From positions 186,614 to 250,613 of the IMG/VR virus record IMGVR_UViG_3300030085_002431: a stretch of DNA of 64,000 bases. One strand, given 5' to 3'. The position numbers were made by a program, and so were the translations under genes. Shown piece by piece: positions 21,336 through 31,120 of this stretch. The stretch's first letter is position 1; each line of letters starts with the position of its first letter. The notes below the pieces were generated by a model. The model was not told where the DNA came from, made no database searches, and worked only from the letters and a program-made list of their open reading frames with translations.

Positions 21336-23468
21336 ATGGCAGTTAATCTTGAAGTCAAAGGTTCCCTGGCAAAGTGCCTGGCAACTGAAAACCTCATCAT
21401 TGAACATAAGAAAGTTCCTACTGCATCTTTCGATGTTGACCGTCGTGTGCTGACTCTCCCTAACTGGGACCGAGCATCTGCAACTGTCTATGACCTTCTT
21501 GTTGGTCATGAAGTCGGTCATGCTTTGTTTACTGACAATGTTGACTGGACTGTTGAATACCCTGATGTTCCCAAAGATTTTGTGAATGTCCTTGAAGATG
21601 TTCGTGTCGAACGTCTTATGAAGAAAAAGTTTGCTGGTCTTTCCAGAACTTTTTACAATGGATACAATGAACTGAATGATGAGGACTTCTTCTCTACTCG
21701 GGATGAAGACCTTGACAAGTGTTCTTTCATTGACCGTATCAATCTGTATTTCAAGATTGGTGCGTTCCATAACATTGCATTCTCCGATGAAGAGAATGAA
21801 TTCCTCACCCGTGCATCTCAGACAGAATCTTTTGATGATGTACTGCGTCTGTCCAAGGATGTTACTGACTTTGTAAAAGCAACAAAGCAGGAACCGATGC
21901 AATCTCCCCTCCCTCAGCAGGGACAGGGAGAGGAAGGTGAGGATGAGGAGCAGGACTCCCCTGAAACCTCCCCTGAGGGGTCTCAGGCACCCCAGGAGGA
22001 CGGTCAGCAGGAACCCGTCAAGAACGGCAGCATCCCTGAGGAGAAGCAATCATCTCCTGGTGGTGGTGGCAGTCAACAGCAGGACAATGAACTTGAGTCT
22101 AAAACTCAAGATTCTTTTGATGAGCAACTTGAAAGTCTCACTAACAAATACAGAAGTGAGGATACTTATTATGTTGAACTTCCTACCTTTGACCTGGATA
22201 AACTGATTATCACTAATGAGTATATTCATAACTACTGCGATAACTGGTATGAAAGTGCCGAAGAAAATCGTTCTTGGGTTGGTGAAGGTACTAAGATTGC
22301 CATGCGTCAGTATGCTACCTTCAAAAAATCTGCTCAGAAGGAAGTCAACTACATGGTGAAAGAGTTCGAGTGCCGTAAGTCTGCTGACCAGTATGCTCGT
22401 TCCTCCACTGCTCGTACTGGTGTCCTTGATACAGCAAAACTTCACACTTACAAGTACAATGAAGACCTCTTCAAGAAAGTCTCTGTTGTTCCTGATGGCA
22501 AGAATCACGGTCTGATTTTCATCATTGACTGGTCTGGTTCTATGTGCAACTTTATCTTGGATGCATATAAGCAACTTTGCAGTCTGATGTGGTTCTGTAA
22601 GAAAGTGAATATTCCTTTCGAGGTGTATGCTTTCACTCTTGAACCTTCTGCTTACATTGAGACACAACCTAACCACCCAGATACTTACAATCGAAAAGAA
22701 GGATTGTTGGTTCCCGAATCATCTTTCCGTCTTCTCAATCTGTTTACCAGCAAGGTAAACAATCCTACTCTGGAAAAGCAGATGGGTACTGTTTGGAAGA
22801 CTGTTTACAGTCACCAATATCGTCAGTATGAGTCACCCAACATTCTGGATTTGTCTGGAACTCCTCTGGGAGAAACTATCATGGCTCTCCATCAGGTGAT
22901 TCCTGCATTCCAATCTGCTAACAAACTTCAGAAGGTGAATTGTGTCTTCCTTACTGATGGTGAAGGTTATCAAAATGCCATCACTGTCAAGAAGAAAAGG
23001 TTCTATGATGATGAAGAAATCATTGGAACTACTCGTAAACCGCACGTTGCTATCCGCAATCGTAAACTTGGACGTGTTTATCCTGAATTTGATTGGAATC
23101 ATTTCCCAATGTATTCCAAGATTCTTTTGAACACTGTTCGTGATGCATTCCCTTCAGTGAATCTCATCAACTTCCGTATCACTCCTGCCCGTGAGTTTTC
23201 TAACTGCTGGCACTGGTACGGTAACGGTTCCTCCGACCTGTATGAGAAACTGAAAATGGTTTATCGTAAGCAACAGTGTGTGCAATTTGATGACACTGGT
23301 TATGACCAGTTCAATGTCCTTGCTGCATCCGCACTTAACCAAGATGATGAATTCATCGTCAAGGAAAATGCGACCAAGGCACAAATCAAAAAGAGTTTCA
23401 CTAAGATGCTCGGAAGCAAGAAAACTAACAAAAAGATTCTTGGTTCCTTCATCGAACTCATTGCCTGA
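21336..23468 (+). CDS. CobT-like VWA protein with N-terminal HExxH metallopeptidase-like motif
   Basis: 710 aa; HEVGH, acidic linker, MIDAS DWSGS...GTPL...LTDGE; adjacent to a CobS-like ATPase. Confidence 0.8.
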   Translation: MAVNLEVKGSLAKCLATENLIIEHKKVPTASFDVDRRVLTLPNWDRASATVYDLLVGHEVGHALFTDNVDWTVEYPDVPKDFVNVLEDVRVERLMKKKFAGLSRTFYNGYNELNDEDFFSTRDEDLDKCSFIDRINLYFKIGAFHNIAFSDEENEFLTRASQTESFDDVLRLSKDVTDFVKATKQEPMQSPLPQQGQGEEGEDEEQDSPETSPEGSQAPQEDGQQEPVKNGSIPEEKQSSPGGGGSQQQDNELESKTQDSFDEQLESLTNKYRSEDTYYVELPTFDLDKLIITNEYIHNYCDNWYESAEENRSWVGEGTKIAMRQYATFKKSAQKEVNYMVKEFECRKSADQYARSSTARTGVLDTAKLHTYKYNEDLFKKVSVVPDGKNHGLIFIIDWSGSMCNFILDAYKQLCSLMWFCKKVNIPFEVYAFTLEPSAYIETQPNHPDTYNRKEGLLVPESSFRLLNLFTSKVNNPTLEKQMGTVWKTVYSHQYRQYESPNILDLSGTPLGETIMALHQVIPAFQSANKLQKVNCVFLTDGEGYQNAITVKKKRFYDDEEIIGTTRKPHVAIRNRKLGRVYPEFDWNHFPMYSKILLNTVRDAFPSVNLINFRITPAREFSNCWHWYGNGSSDLYEKLKMVYRKQQCVQFDDTGYDQFNVLAASALNQDDEFIVKENATKAQIKKSFTKMLGSKKTNKKILGSFIELIA

Positions 23469-23488
23469 CCACCTGGGAGGGTGTCCAC
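23466..23488 (+). promoter_or_regulatory. Early-promoter palindrome copy 3
   Basis: TGACCA-N10-TGTCCAC, then TGCTACAATTACTAGGTAAT. Confidence 0.65.
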
Positions 23489-23547
23489 TCGGACCCCTCC
23501 ACCCCCCTCAGACCTGCTACAATTACTAGGTAATCAACAGAGAACAC

Positions 23548-24639
23548 ATGACTGACCAAGCACTTGCTCTTCTTAAAGAAAAGTATGGCACTGAGTTCGG
23601 TGCTAATGCTGTGAAAGAAGTTGCTAAGGAATTGAATACTTCTTATGCTACTCTCTCTAAGTATCTGAACCAGTACAAGGTTGGTCGTGGTAAGTGGTCC
23701 CTGGAGCAAACTGTCCAGGAATTGGAAGAAACTCTTGCCTCCTCTGTTCCAACAATGACTTCTGTAGAGCAAAACCTTATCCCTCAGAAAGATGATTCCT
23801 TCGTCCAGTTTGGTAACTTCAGTGATATTAAAAAGGTTATTGCATCCCGCATGTTCTATCCTACGTTCATTACGGGACTCTCTGGAAACGGTAAAACGTT
23901 CGGTGTGGAACAAGCATGTGCCCAACTCGGACGAGAACTGATTCGTGTGAACATTACAATTGAGACCGATGAAGATGACCTTATTGGTGGTTTCCGTCTT
24001 GTTGATGGTGAAACCGTCTGGCACAATGGCCCAGTCATTGAGGCCCTGCAACGGGGTGCTGTGTTGCTCCTTGACGAAATCGACCTCGCAAGCAACAAAA
24101 TTCTCTGTCTTCAATCTATTCTCGAAGGAAAAGGTGTTTTCCTCAAGAAGATTGGCAAGTTCATTGCACCCTCAGAAGGTTTCCAAGTATTCGCAACCGC
24201 AAATACAAAGGGCAAAGGTTCCGACGACGGACGATTCATTGGAACTAACGTGCTCAACGAAGCATTCCTTGAACGATTCCCCGTCACCTTTGAGCAGTCT
24301 TATCCGACAGTAGCCATTGAGTCTAAAATCTTGACTAAAGTGGCAGAGTCTCTTAACATTCCTATGGTTGGTGAGCACACTGACTTCATTAAGCATCTGT
24401 GCGATTGGGCAGACATCATCCGCAAGACCTTCTATGATGGTGGTGTTGATGAGGTTATCTCTACCCGTCGTCTTGTTCACATTATCAAAGCATACTCTAT
24501 CTTTGGTAAGAAAGACAAAGCAATGAAGGTATGTCTGAATCGTTTCGATGATGAAACCAAAGCAACCTTTGTCGAACTCTATGACAAGATTGATGCTAAC
24601 TTTGAAGTCCAGGAAGATGCTCAAGTTCCTGCCAACTGA
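23548..24639 (+). CDS. cobS: CobS-like MoxR AAA+ ATPase
   Basis: Walker A GLSGNGKT, Walker B LLLDEID, ATANTKG, NEAFLERF; cyanomyovirus core gene. Confidence 0.9.
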   Translation: MTDQALALLKEKYGTEFGANAVKEVAKELNTSYATLSKYLNQYKVGRGKWSLEQTVQELEETLASSVPTMTSVEQNLIPQKDDSFVQFGNFSDIKKVIASRMFYPTFITGLSGNGKTFGVEQACAQLGRELIRVNITIETDEDDLIGGFRLVDGETVWHNGPVIEALQRGAVLLLDEIDLASNKILCLQSILEGKGVFLKKIGKFIAPSEGFQVFATANTKGKGSDDGRFIGTNVLNEAFLERFPVTFEQSYPTVAIESKILTKVAESLNIPMVGEHTDFIKHLCDWADIIRKTFYDGGVDEVISTRRLVHIIKAYSIFGKKDKAMKVCLNRFDDETKATFVELYDKIDANFEVQEDAQVPAN

Positions 24640-24725
24640 TTAGTCTATCGTGTGGGTTTGCAGGTTTTTCTACAAACCCACATATATAGATATGTGTCAA
24701 ATCCCCCACTACCTTCCACACTCAA

Positions 24726-24866
24726 ATGTCCACGTTACTCTACGAACTAGACGCAGATTCGATTTACGAGCAAATTATTGAGAATTTTGATGAAGTTCAT
24801 GATGTAGAAGATGATGATGACTATCGTGAAGATAGAATGGAACAGATGATTTCTCGTCACGGATGA
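24726..24866 (+). CDS. Very acidic small protein (46 aa)
   Basis: MSTLLYELDADSIYEQ...DDDDYRED; not in ORF track. Confidence 0.5.
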   Translation: MSTLLYELDADSIYEQIIENFDEVHDVEDDDDYREDRMEQMISRHG

Positions 24867-24875
24867 AGGAGAGTC

Positions 24876-25019
24876 ATGCAAACAATTATTTCCGAGGAAC
24901 TAACAAAGCATGATGACCTTGAAGCATTTGCTGAATATCTTGGTATAGATTACGAAGATTTCTATGAAATGCTTGTTTTAGAGAATTTTTATGAGTATGA
25001 TTACGACGATTTGTCTTAA
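24876..25019 (+). CDS. Very acidic small protein (47 aa), paralog of 47599-47748
   Basis: AGGAG RBS; HDDLEAFAEYLGIDYEDF motif. Confidence 0.6.
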   Translation: MQTIISEELTKHDDLEAFAEYLGIDYEDFYEMLVLENFYEYDYDDLS

Positions 25020-25067
25020 GAAACATTGCAACTTTGTTGCATCTTGAACACTTTTATCTAAAATACT

Positions 25068-25334
25068 ATGTCTATTTCCGTCATCTATGATATCGATTTA
25101 GTCGATGAGAACTATGACGAGGACTTCAAGCAGTTCTATGTCAAAGCAATTGTCGAAGATATGGCACTTGATTATATGGGTGACTATTGGAACCCACCTG
25201 AATATGGACCCGCAGTTTGTGAAGCAAACTTTATCCTGGAGAAAGAGGAACTACTCCCACACGACCCAAACAATCTAATCGAGTTCATTGAAGCACTTGA
25301 GTTAGATTGGGAAATCGTAAGAGACGACTACTGA
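25068..25334 (+). CDS. Acidic hypothetical protein
   Basis: 88 aa; PPEYGPA motif. Confidence 0.6.
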   Translation: MSISVIYDIDLVDENYDEDFKQFYVKAIVEDMALDYMGDYWNPPEYGPAVCEANFILEKEELLPHDPNNLIEFIEALELDWEIVRDDY

Positions 25335-25342
25335 CTTAACAA

Positions 25343-25543
25343 ATGAAAGACCAAAACACTATTGTCGATACTGAATCCAAACAAGATAAATGGAATCGTG
25401 GACTAGATTTGTTTATTGAATCGGTCATGAAACCAGACTCTTCACTACGACAATGTGCTCATAATCAAAAGTGTTACCATGAATTGATGGATGTTAGGAA
25501 TGACGTTCTCGATTACTTAAAGACACTAAGATGGAACAATTAA
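25343..25543 (+). CDS. Conserved cyanophage hypothetical protein
   Basis: KWNRGLDLFIESV.KPD..LRQCAHNQ.C motif. Confidence 0.65.
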   Translation: MKDQNTIVDTESKQDKWNRGLDLFIESVMKPDSSLRQCAHNQKCYHELMDVRNDVLDYLKTLRWNN

Positions 25544-25782
25544 ACGGTTATTATTACGGTTTACTATTATTCTTTGGAGTTCTATTTTACATAGTAGGAA
25601 CTCAACCTAACGCAGCAAGATATGTAGTTCTTGTACAAAAATATGCTGAAACAAAGTATAGAATGACTAAGTGGTGGTTAGTAAATAACCCCAGAAATCC
25701 AATAGTCAAATACTTTATGTGGAGACGTTCTCTCAAGTTAGCAGAAGAGGTGAGAAAACGTATAGAAGAGAATAATAAATAA
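25531..25782 (+). CDS. Hypothetical membrane-anchored protein
   Basis: 83 aa; N-terminal hydrophobic helix. Confidence 0.55.
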   Translation: MEQLNGYYYGLLLFFGVLFYIVGTQPNAARYVVLVQKYAETKYRMTKWWLVNNPRNPIVKYFMWRRSLKLAEEVRKRIEENNK

Positions 25783-25813
25783 ATCGGAATGACCTTATTC
25801 TTTATTTTTTATC

Positions 25814-26011
25814 ATGCATTACAAACCGTATAGCCCTGAATGGCATAGATATAGGTATTTGAAAGAGGCACTGGACAAGTATCTTGATGATTATGTTGAG
25901 AATGACGTAATCATGGATGATATTCTTGATGTGCTGGAGAGTCGTTCTGATTCAGCATATGCTGAATACAACAAAATTACAGAATTAGAATCGAAACTGC
26001 GAAGAGGGTAA
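25814..26011 (+). CDS. Hypothetical protein
   Basis: 65 aa; YKPYSPEWHR motif. Confidence 0.6.
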   Translation: MHYKPYSPEWHRYRYLKEALDKYLDDYVENDVIMDDILDVLESRSDSAYAEYNKITELESKLRRG

Positions 26012-26014
26012 GGT

Positions 26015-26326
26015 ATGCTGTCTACGAAGTACAGACTCCGTTTAGAATTTATTTGTAAGAAAATTGCAAATAAAGAAGAAGTTCAACTAGAAGATATGAT
26101 TTGGGCAGAGAAACTTGCCAAATCTCATACCACTGCTAGAGACTGGTTAAACAAAGCACGTCGTCAATCCAACGGGATTGAGGAGGGTAGTATTGACGAT
26201 TTTATGAATAGGATGGGATTAGGAGACCCCGACCCTTCCAATCATAAAACGGGGTTTGATGGTGCTGATGAAATCGTAGACTGGTTCCAACGTGATAAAC
26301 CTGATGATTGGAGGCAACGTGACTGA
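26015..26326 (+). CDS. Conserved cyanophage hypothetical protein
   Basis: MLSTKYRLRLEFIC...DWRQRD. Confidence 0.65.
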   Translation: MLSTKYRLRLEFICKKIANKEEVQLEDMIWAEKLAKSHTTARDWLNKARRQSNGIEEGSIDDFMNRMGLGDPDPSNHKTGFDGADEIVDWFQRDKPDDWRQRD

Positions 26327-26522
26327 CGATATTATTGTTAATATGGATGGTGGTGTCGGTGGTTCATGGAATGGAGATGAAGTGACCAAAATGAATATTG
26401 CCAAGAATTTGGTAGAAAAAATTGAAGAACTTTTGGATGGCAAAGCACACTACGTTGAGTGCTGTGACCGTACCACACAACACAACAAAATTGTAATCGA
26501 ATATAATCACACGAACAAATGA
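26319..26522 (+). CDS. Hypothetical protein
   Basis: GTG start overlapping the upstream stop; stop overlaps the next ATG. Confidence 0.45.
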   Translation: MTDDIIVNMDGGVGGSWNGDEVTKMNIAKNLVEKIEELLDGKAHYVECCDRTTQHNKIVIEYNHTNK

Positions 26523-26758
26523 TTCAAGCATTAGTTTATGGTAACGGTAGTCAAGAATCTGAAAGAGCAAAGATGGTTCTTGAAGCATGTGGTCAGGAGG
26601 TAAGAGAGTTCTTCCTTGGTGTCCACTTTAGTGACAAACAGTTTCGTGATGAGTTTGGTAGTGAAGCAGAATATCCACAAGTTTCTATTGGTTTAGACCA
26701 TCGTGGCACTTTGAAAGAAACCCTAAAGTACATGAGTGATAACGGAATGTTCTTATGA
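26519..26758 (+). CDS. Glutaredoxin-fold protein lacking CxxC
   Basis: 79 aa; YPQV cis-Pro motif; GSQES at the position where CxxC is expected. Confidence 0.6.
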   Translation: MIQALVYGNGSQESERAKMVLEACGQEVREFFLGVHFSDKQFRDEFGSEAEYPQVSIGLDHRGTLKETLKYMSDNGMFL

Positions 26759-26952
26759 ACTATGATGAGTTTGTAAGTCGTGATATTCAATACTATAAAA
26801 GCATGGTTATTTTAGTTGACACCAAGATAAAGTATGGTATGAAGTTCACTGATGAAGAACTCATAATAAAAGATTTAATAATGCAAGTTGAAGAAAATAA
26901 TAAAATCAACCAATTGAGGAATAAATATGAAAAACTCTGGGAATCAGAGTGA
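26755..26952 (+). CDS. Hypothetical protein
   Basis: 65 aa; ATGA translational coupling. Confidence 0.5.
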   Translation: MNYDEFVSRDIQYYKSMVILVDTKIKYGMKFTDEELIIKDLIMQVEENNKINQLRNKYEKLWESE

Positions 26953-26970
26953 CACCCTATGAACTGTCCC
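26949..26970 (+). promoter_or_regulatory. Early-promoter palindrome copy 4
   Basis: GTGACA-N10-TGTCCC, then TAGACT...TGCTATAAT. Confidence 0.6.
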
Positions 26971-27012
26971 TTAGTCCTAGACTAGAGGGCAGTTTTTTGC
27001 TATAATGACTGT

Positions 27013-27387
27013 ATGCCCAAGAAAGCAACCCCTGCATCTAAGACAAGTGCAAACAAACGTGCAACTAAATCGACTGCAACAACTTCTAGTGACCCTAAGT
27101 CAAAAGGAACTGGAAGAGCAACCTCTGCTGCTAAGAAAGCACCTGCAAAGAAGAAAAGAGCAACTAAAAGAAAGCAACCAAAACCAACTCTAAAGAATCT
27201 AAAAGTTTCTGCAGCTGAAGGAAAAAGATTTCCTTGGCCTTCTTTCCCTTACAAGGTTGTTCATAGAGATGGGAAAGATTTGCAGGATATAAAGACCTGC
27301 TACTTTGAATGCGAAGAGCATATGAAAAAGTATCTTGTTAGATACGGATTCAAGAAAAACGAATACCACATGTTTACCAATGTCTGA
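27013..27387 (+). CDS. Lys/Ala-rich (histone-H1-like N-terminus) hypothetical protein
   Basis: 124 aa; basic low-complexity N-half; KTCYFECEEH C-domain. Confidence 0.6.
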   Translation: MPKKATPASKTSANKRATKSTATTSSDPKSKGTGRATSAAKKAPAKKKRATKRKQPKPTLKNLKVSAAEGKRFPWPSFPYKVVHRDGKDLQDIKTCYFECEEHMKKYLVRYGFKKNEYHMFTNV

Positions 27388-27694
27388 AACAGAAACTACA
27401 ACCGAACAAACAATTCACCCAAAATTGAAACAATCACTAGGTCCAAACAATACTGTTGAAAAGGACATTCCAGAAGATGTTGTTTGGATTGATGATGCGT
27501 TTTATGTCAAGAAAACACGATTCGGTCTTTATACTTCTATCCTAAAGAATCCTCTGGGTGCCAACTTCATTACTGGTGCTACAGAAGATGGTGTTATCAC
27601 AATGACGAGATGGCATCTGATGTGTATTCAGGACGGTTCTATTGATGATTACACTAGAGTTGTAAACAATGGTATTGTCGGTGGCAAACTCTAA
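27380..27694 (+). CDS. Conserved cyanophage hypothetical protein
   Basis: WIDDAFYV..TRFGL...VGGKL; start moved to internal ATG. Confidence 0.6.
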   Translation: MSETETTTEQTIHPKLKQSLGPNNTVEKDIPEDVVWIDDAFYVKKTRFGLYTSILKNPLGANFITGATEDGVITMTRWHLMCIQDGSIDDYTRVVNNGIVGGKL

Positions 27695-27804
27695 CAATAA
27701 TTTGCCGTTGACATTGGCATTCATTGGAGTTATACTGCTGACACTATCAGTAATTCTTGCTGGGTATTTTCATGGTGACATGCATCTACTCACTACACTG
27801 AAAA

Positions 27805-28065
27805 ATGCAAAGGAGTTTTATGACTAAACGAGAATTTACAGGAAAAGGTGGAGAAACCTGGGAATGGGAAGAAACCCCTGAAGTCGTTGCAGCAATCAAA
27901 AAACTGCATGAGTCATCTAAAGCAGTTCAAGAAATCAACAGCAAACCTAAGTTCAAAGGGAACTATCAAGGTCCACTTTATGCACCTCATCCTGAGTTAA
28001 AAAAACCCAAGAGAATTGTTAATACCCAAAAAGTAGTAATTACAGAAAAGGAAGGTGAAGAATGA
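27805..28065 (+). CDS. Hypothetical protein
   Basis: GETWEWEETPE motif. Confidence 0.5.
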   Translation: MQRSFMTKREFTGKGGETWEWEETPEVVAAIKKLHESSKAVQEINSKPKFKGNYQGPLYAPHPELKKPKRIVNTQKVVITEKEGEE

Positions 28066-28313
28066 ATCCAACTAAACCACTAACACCCGAAGAAGTTGCA
28101 GATGCAGCAGAACAATTCTTTCCTCTGTTTGATATTGTGCATCGTCAAATGCCAGAAAATTCAAACGTTGAAGATACTTTGAAAGTTATGGAGTCTGTTT
28201 GTGGTCTTGCTCATAAACTGAGAATGCAGTCTGATAACGATAAGGCAGGTCCGTTTGGTTTTAATAAAAAGGTAGAAACCGATGAAGATTCTTCATCTAA
28301 CGAAGAAACCTGA
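28062..28313 (+). CDS. Hypothetical protein
   Basis: 83 aa; coupled to neighbours. Confidence 0.55.
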   Translation: MNPTKPLTPEEVADAAEQFFPLFDIVHRQMPENSNVEDTLKVMESVCGLAHKLRMQSDNDKAGPFGFNKKVETDEDSSSNEET

Positions 28314-28863
28314 TTCCTATGATTTCAGAGAATACATCTATGTATGGGATAATTTCCTATCAGATGAATTCTCTGATTTTTTGGATGAAGAGATTTATAT
28401 GCATACCAACTGGAGATACTGTAACTGCGTAGATACTCCAGAATGTTCTCATACAATATGGGGTAGAACTTATAAAGATTGGAGACCAGAGTATATAAAT
28501 GACCTAACTGAAGTTCTTGAAAGTAAAACTGGTATTCTAATTCCATCTCCAGAATACGTTGGATTGAATGGGCAAACAATGGGAATGAATGCTTGTTTAC
28601 ATCAAGACTGTGCTTCATTAGAAGCAAACAAAACAGCATCATTTCTTTATTACATTGGTACAGATGATGCAGATGGAGACTTAATCATTTACAATAATGA
28701 GAGAGAACCTATTGAAAGAATTGAGTTTGTAAAAAACAGAATGGTTCTTTTTGATGGAAGCATTCCACACTCTGCTGATGGACCAACGAGTATGACATTA
28801 CGAATGTCATTAGTGTATAGAGGTTACTATGAAAACAATAACGGGAATGCGAGTAGTAGGTAG
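28282..28863 (+). CDS. 2OG-Fe(II) oxygenase
   Basis: LHQD, NRMVLFDGSIPH, terminal R strand. Confidence 0.8.
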   Translation: MKILHLTKKPDSYDFREYIYVWDNFLSDEFSDFLDEEIYMHTNWRYCNCVDTPECSHTIWGRTYKDWRPEYINDLTEVLESKTGILIPSPEYVGLNGQTMGMNACLHQDCASLEANKTASFLYYIGTDDADGDLIIYNNEREPIERIEFVKNRMVLFDGSIPHSADGPTSMTLRMSLVYRGYYENNNGNASSR

Positions 28864-29041
28864 CATTGGTGTTATCGTTGCTTACTTTGTAATTCTCCAT
28901 GTAAATATTCTAGCAGGTGTAATAATTAATTTTATTGCTGACCTGATTTCAATTCCATACTTTGTAAAAACAAAAGCATGGGATGTTGTACTAATGCTAT
29001 CTTTCCTTCTTGCTATTAGCATGAGCAAGTTAATGACATGA
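28829..29041 (+). CDS. Small 3-TM membrane protein (paralog A)
   Basis: R.VGS...YF...IP...K.WDVV motif shared with the next ORF. Confidence 0.65.
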   Translation: MKTITGMRVVGSIGVIVAYFVILHVNILAGVIINFIADLISIPYFVKTKAWDVVLMLSFLLAISMSKLMT

Positions 29042-29256
29042 ATGCAAACACCTTAAGAATTGTAGGAAGTGCCAGTCTTTTGATTGGATACTTCCTTCTT
29101 TTGTATTTGGATGTTAGGATTGGATGTACGTTCCGACTGGTTGGTGGTTGCATGATGATTCCATTTGCAGTTTCAATCAAGACTTGGGATGTAGTAGGAC
29201 TACAATCATTCTTTGCAGTGATTGACGCAACAAAAATTATTCAACTATCAATATGA
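29038..29256 (+). CDS. Small 3-TM membrane protein (paralog B)
   Basis: Same motif; ATGA coupled. Confidence 0.65.
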   Translation: MNANTLRIVGSASLLIGYFLLLYLDVRIGCTFRLVGGCMMIPFAVSIKTWDVVGLQSFFAVIDATKIIQLSI

Positions 29257-29762
29257 CAGACTGGTTAGAACTATACGAAGCACTTCCAGGTGAAGAACTA
29301 GATAAAATTGCAGTTCTTCGGGTTATGGAATGTACCAACGGTATTATTCAGTATGCACACCGAGATGATGCTGATTATAAACTTTCCATTGAAGAAACCC
29401 GAAAGGCAATGAACTTCAGTATGGGAAGCATCAAGAGGATGACAATCGAACTCACTGATGAAACCATTACCTTTGAACCTGAGACAGAAATTCTGATGCG
29501 TAAAGCACGGGAACTCTACATCAGTGGTGCTAAGAAAGGAAATGATGAGGACTACTCTGAGTTTCTGGCAATCTCTGCTGCTACAGCAAGAGCATGTGGT
29601 TTGGAGAGACTTGTGCAAGCTGTTAAGACTCTCAAAGAAAAGCAGACCGAAATCCCCTCTCGGTGTATAGTATGGGGACTAGAATACCTTCTTCAATTTT
29701 TTGACGATGAACATATTCGTGACTTCTTCGGATCCAAAGGACTCAGCGACTTATCTTCCTGA
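29253..29762 (+). CDS. Hypothetical protein
   Basis: 169 aa; coupled. Confidence 0.6.
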   Translation: MTDWLELYEALPGEELDKIAVLRVMECTNGIIQYAHRDDADYKLSIEETRKAMNFSMGSIKRMTIELTDETITFEPETEILMRKARELYISGAKKGNDEDYSEFLAISAATARACGLERLVQAVKTLKEKQTEIPSRCIVWGLEYLLQFFDDEHIRDFFGSKGLSDLSS

Positions 29763-30222
29763 CAAACATATTGTCAAGATGCCGTTGGAGTGTTGCCAAA
29801 TGCTTGCGGTCATTGCGTCGGACAGGTGGGGGCATGGGTACGGCACCCTCCCTAAGGCAGACGGAACCCCCTACAGGACCGAGAAGGGGGCATTCAGGAA
29901 CCATCCCTGCACTGCCTGGGCACGGGACACCGTGGACAATGCCTGGTGGATGCTGATGTGGGGTCTGCACCTCTGCGATGAGTACAAGCATAGATATAAC
30001 AAGACTCACTCTTGTTACAATACTTTACTTCATGCTCAAAATATCTTCCCAAATGGTAATATAACTAAAGTAACTCCCTTTGCACGGGCAATGCCTGATG
30101 AATATAAATTTGACTCAAGCATTGATACTTTTACTGCTTACAAGAATTACATTAGCAGCAAACCTTGGGTTGCATCTAATTATCTTCGTGACCCATCCAG
30201 AAAACCAGATTGGGTAAATTAA
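29707..30222 (+). CDS. Pyrimidine-dimer DNA glycosylase / DenV-like family protein
   Basis: MNIF...DKHIVKMPLE..QML, HPCT.W, EY..RY.K.H motifs. Confidence 0.75.
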   Translation: MNIFVTSSDPKDSATYLPDKHIVKMPLECCQMLAVIASDRWGHGYGTLPKADGTPYRTEKGAFRNHPCTAWARDTVDNAWWMLMWGLHLCDEYKHRYNKTHSCYNTLLHAQNIFPNGNITKVTPFARAMPDEYKFDSSIDTFTAYKNYISSKPWVASNYLRDPSRKPDWVN

Positions 30223-30467
30223 TGCGTAACTTAATACGAGAGTTCTTTAAACCATCAGAGGATAAAATTTTGGCAAATCAGAATGCTTTTTACCTTGCAG
30301 ACAAGGTAATTGAACTTCAAGAACAAGTTGCATTATTAAAAGAGGAGAATTCTTCATTGCGAGAAGAATTGTCAGAAGTTGAACGCAAACTTAACGCCAT
30401 ACAACCTGTGGTGTATAATATAACAAGTAGAGAGGACCTCTCAAATTATACCTTAGGAGACAAATGA
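30222..30467 (+). CDS. Coiled-coil hypothetical protein
   Basis: Heptad pattern; coupled to talC. Confidence 0.5.
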   Translation: MRNLIREFFKPSEDKILANQNAFYLADKVIELQEQVALLKEENSSLREELSEVERKLNAIQPVVYNITSREDLSNYTLGDK

Positions 30468-31120
30468 AAATCTTTTTAGATACTGCCGATGTTGACCTGA
30501 TTCAGGAGGCATACTCCACAGGTCTAATCAATGGTGTTACCACCAACCCTACAATCATCAAAAGAAGTGGCAGAGACTTCGTTGAAGTAATTAAAGAGAT
30601 TCAGAGTAAGTTTCCTAACCTTGAATCTATTTCTGCTGAAGTAGTTGCTGATACTGCTGAAGAAATGATTGACCAGGCAAACCAATTCCAAGGAATGTGG
30701 AATGTTACAATCAAAGTTCCTTGCACTGTTGAAGGTCTGAAGGCATGTACTGCACTTGCAGTAAATGGATACAAAGTTAATGTAACTCTTGTATTCTCTG
30801 TTGCTCAGGCAATTCTTGCAGAGAAAGCAGGTGCTACTTATATCTCACCTTTTGTTGGTCGTTGGGAAGATAATTCTGTAGATGGTCTTGGTCTAATCAA
30901 GAACATCCGTGAAGTTTACACTGGTGATAACCGATTCACCACAACTCAAATCCTTGGTGCATCTGTTCGTGATGTTCGTCAAGTTGAGCAGTGTGCTCTG
31001 TTTGGTGCAGATGTTGTGACTATTCCACCTCTTGTCTTCTGGTCCATGTATAAGAATGTAATGACTGAAAAGGGTCTGGCAACATTCCAAAAGGATTGGG
31101 AAGACGCAAATGGAATCTGA
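30464..31120 (+). CDS. talC: Transaldolase (TalC/MipB family), auxiliary metabolic gene
   Basis: MKIFLDTA, GVTTNPT, TIKVP (Schiff-base Lys), NVTLVFS, YISPFVGR. Confidence 0.95.
   Translation: MKIFLDTADVDLIQEAYSTGLINGVTTNPTIIKRSGRDFVEVIKEIQSKFPNLESISAEVVADTAEEMIDQANQFQGMWNVTIKVPCTVEGLKACTALAVNGYKVNVTLVFSVAQAILAEKAGATYISPFVGRWEDNSVDGLGLIKNIREVYTGDNRFTTTQILGASVRDVRQVEQCALFGADVVTIPPLVFWSMYKNVMTEKGLATFQKDWEDANGI

Noticed and set aside
21157-21453. 98-aa ORF across the sRNA candidate
   Set aside because: Crosses a strong terminator and a promoter, and overlaps the VWA gene out of frame
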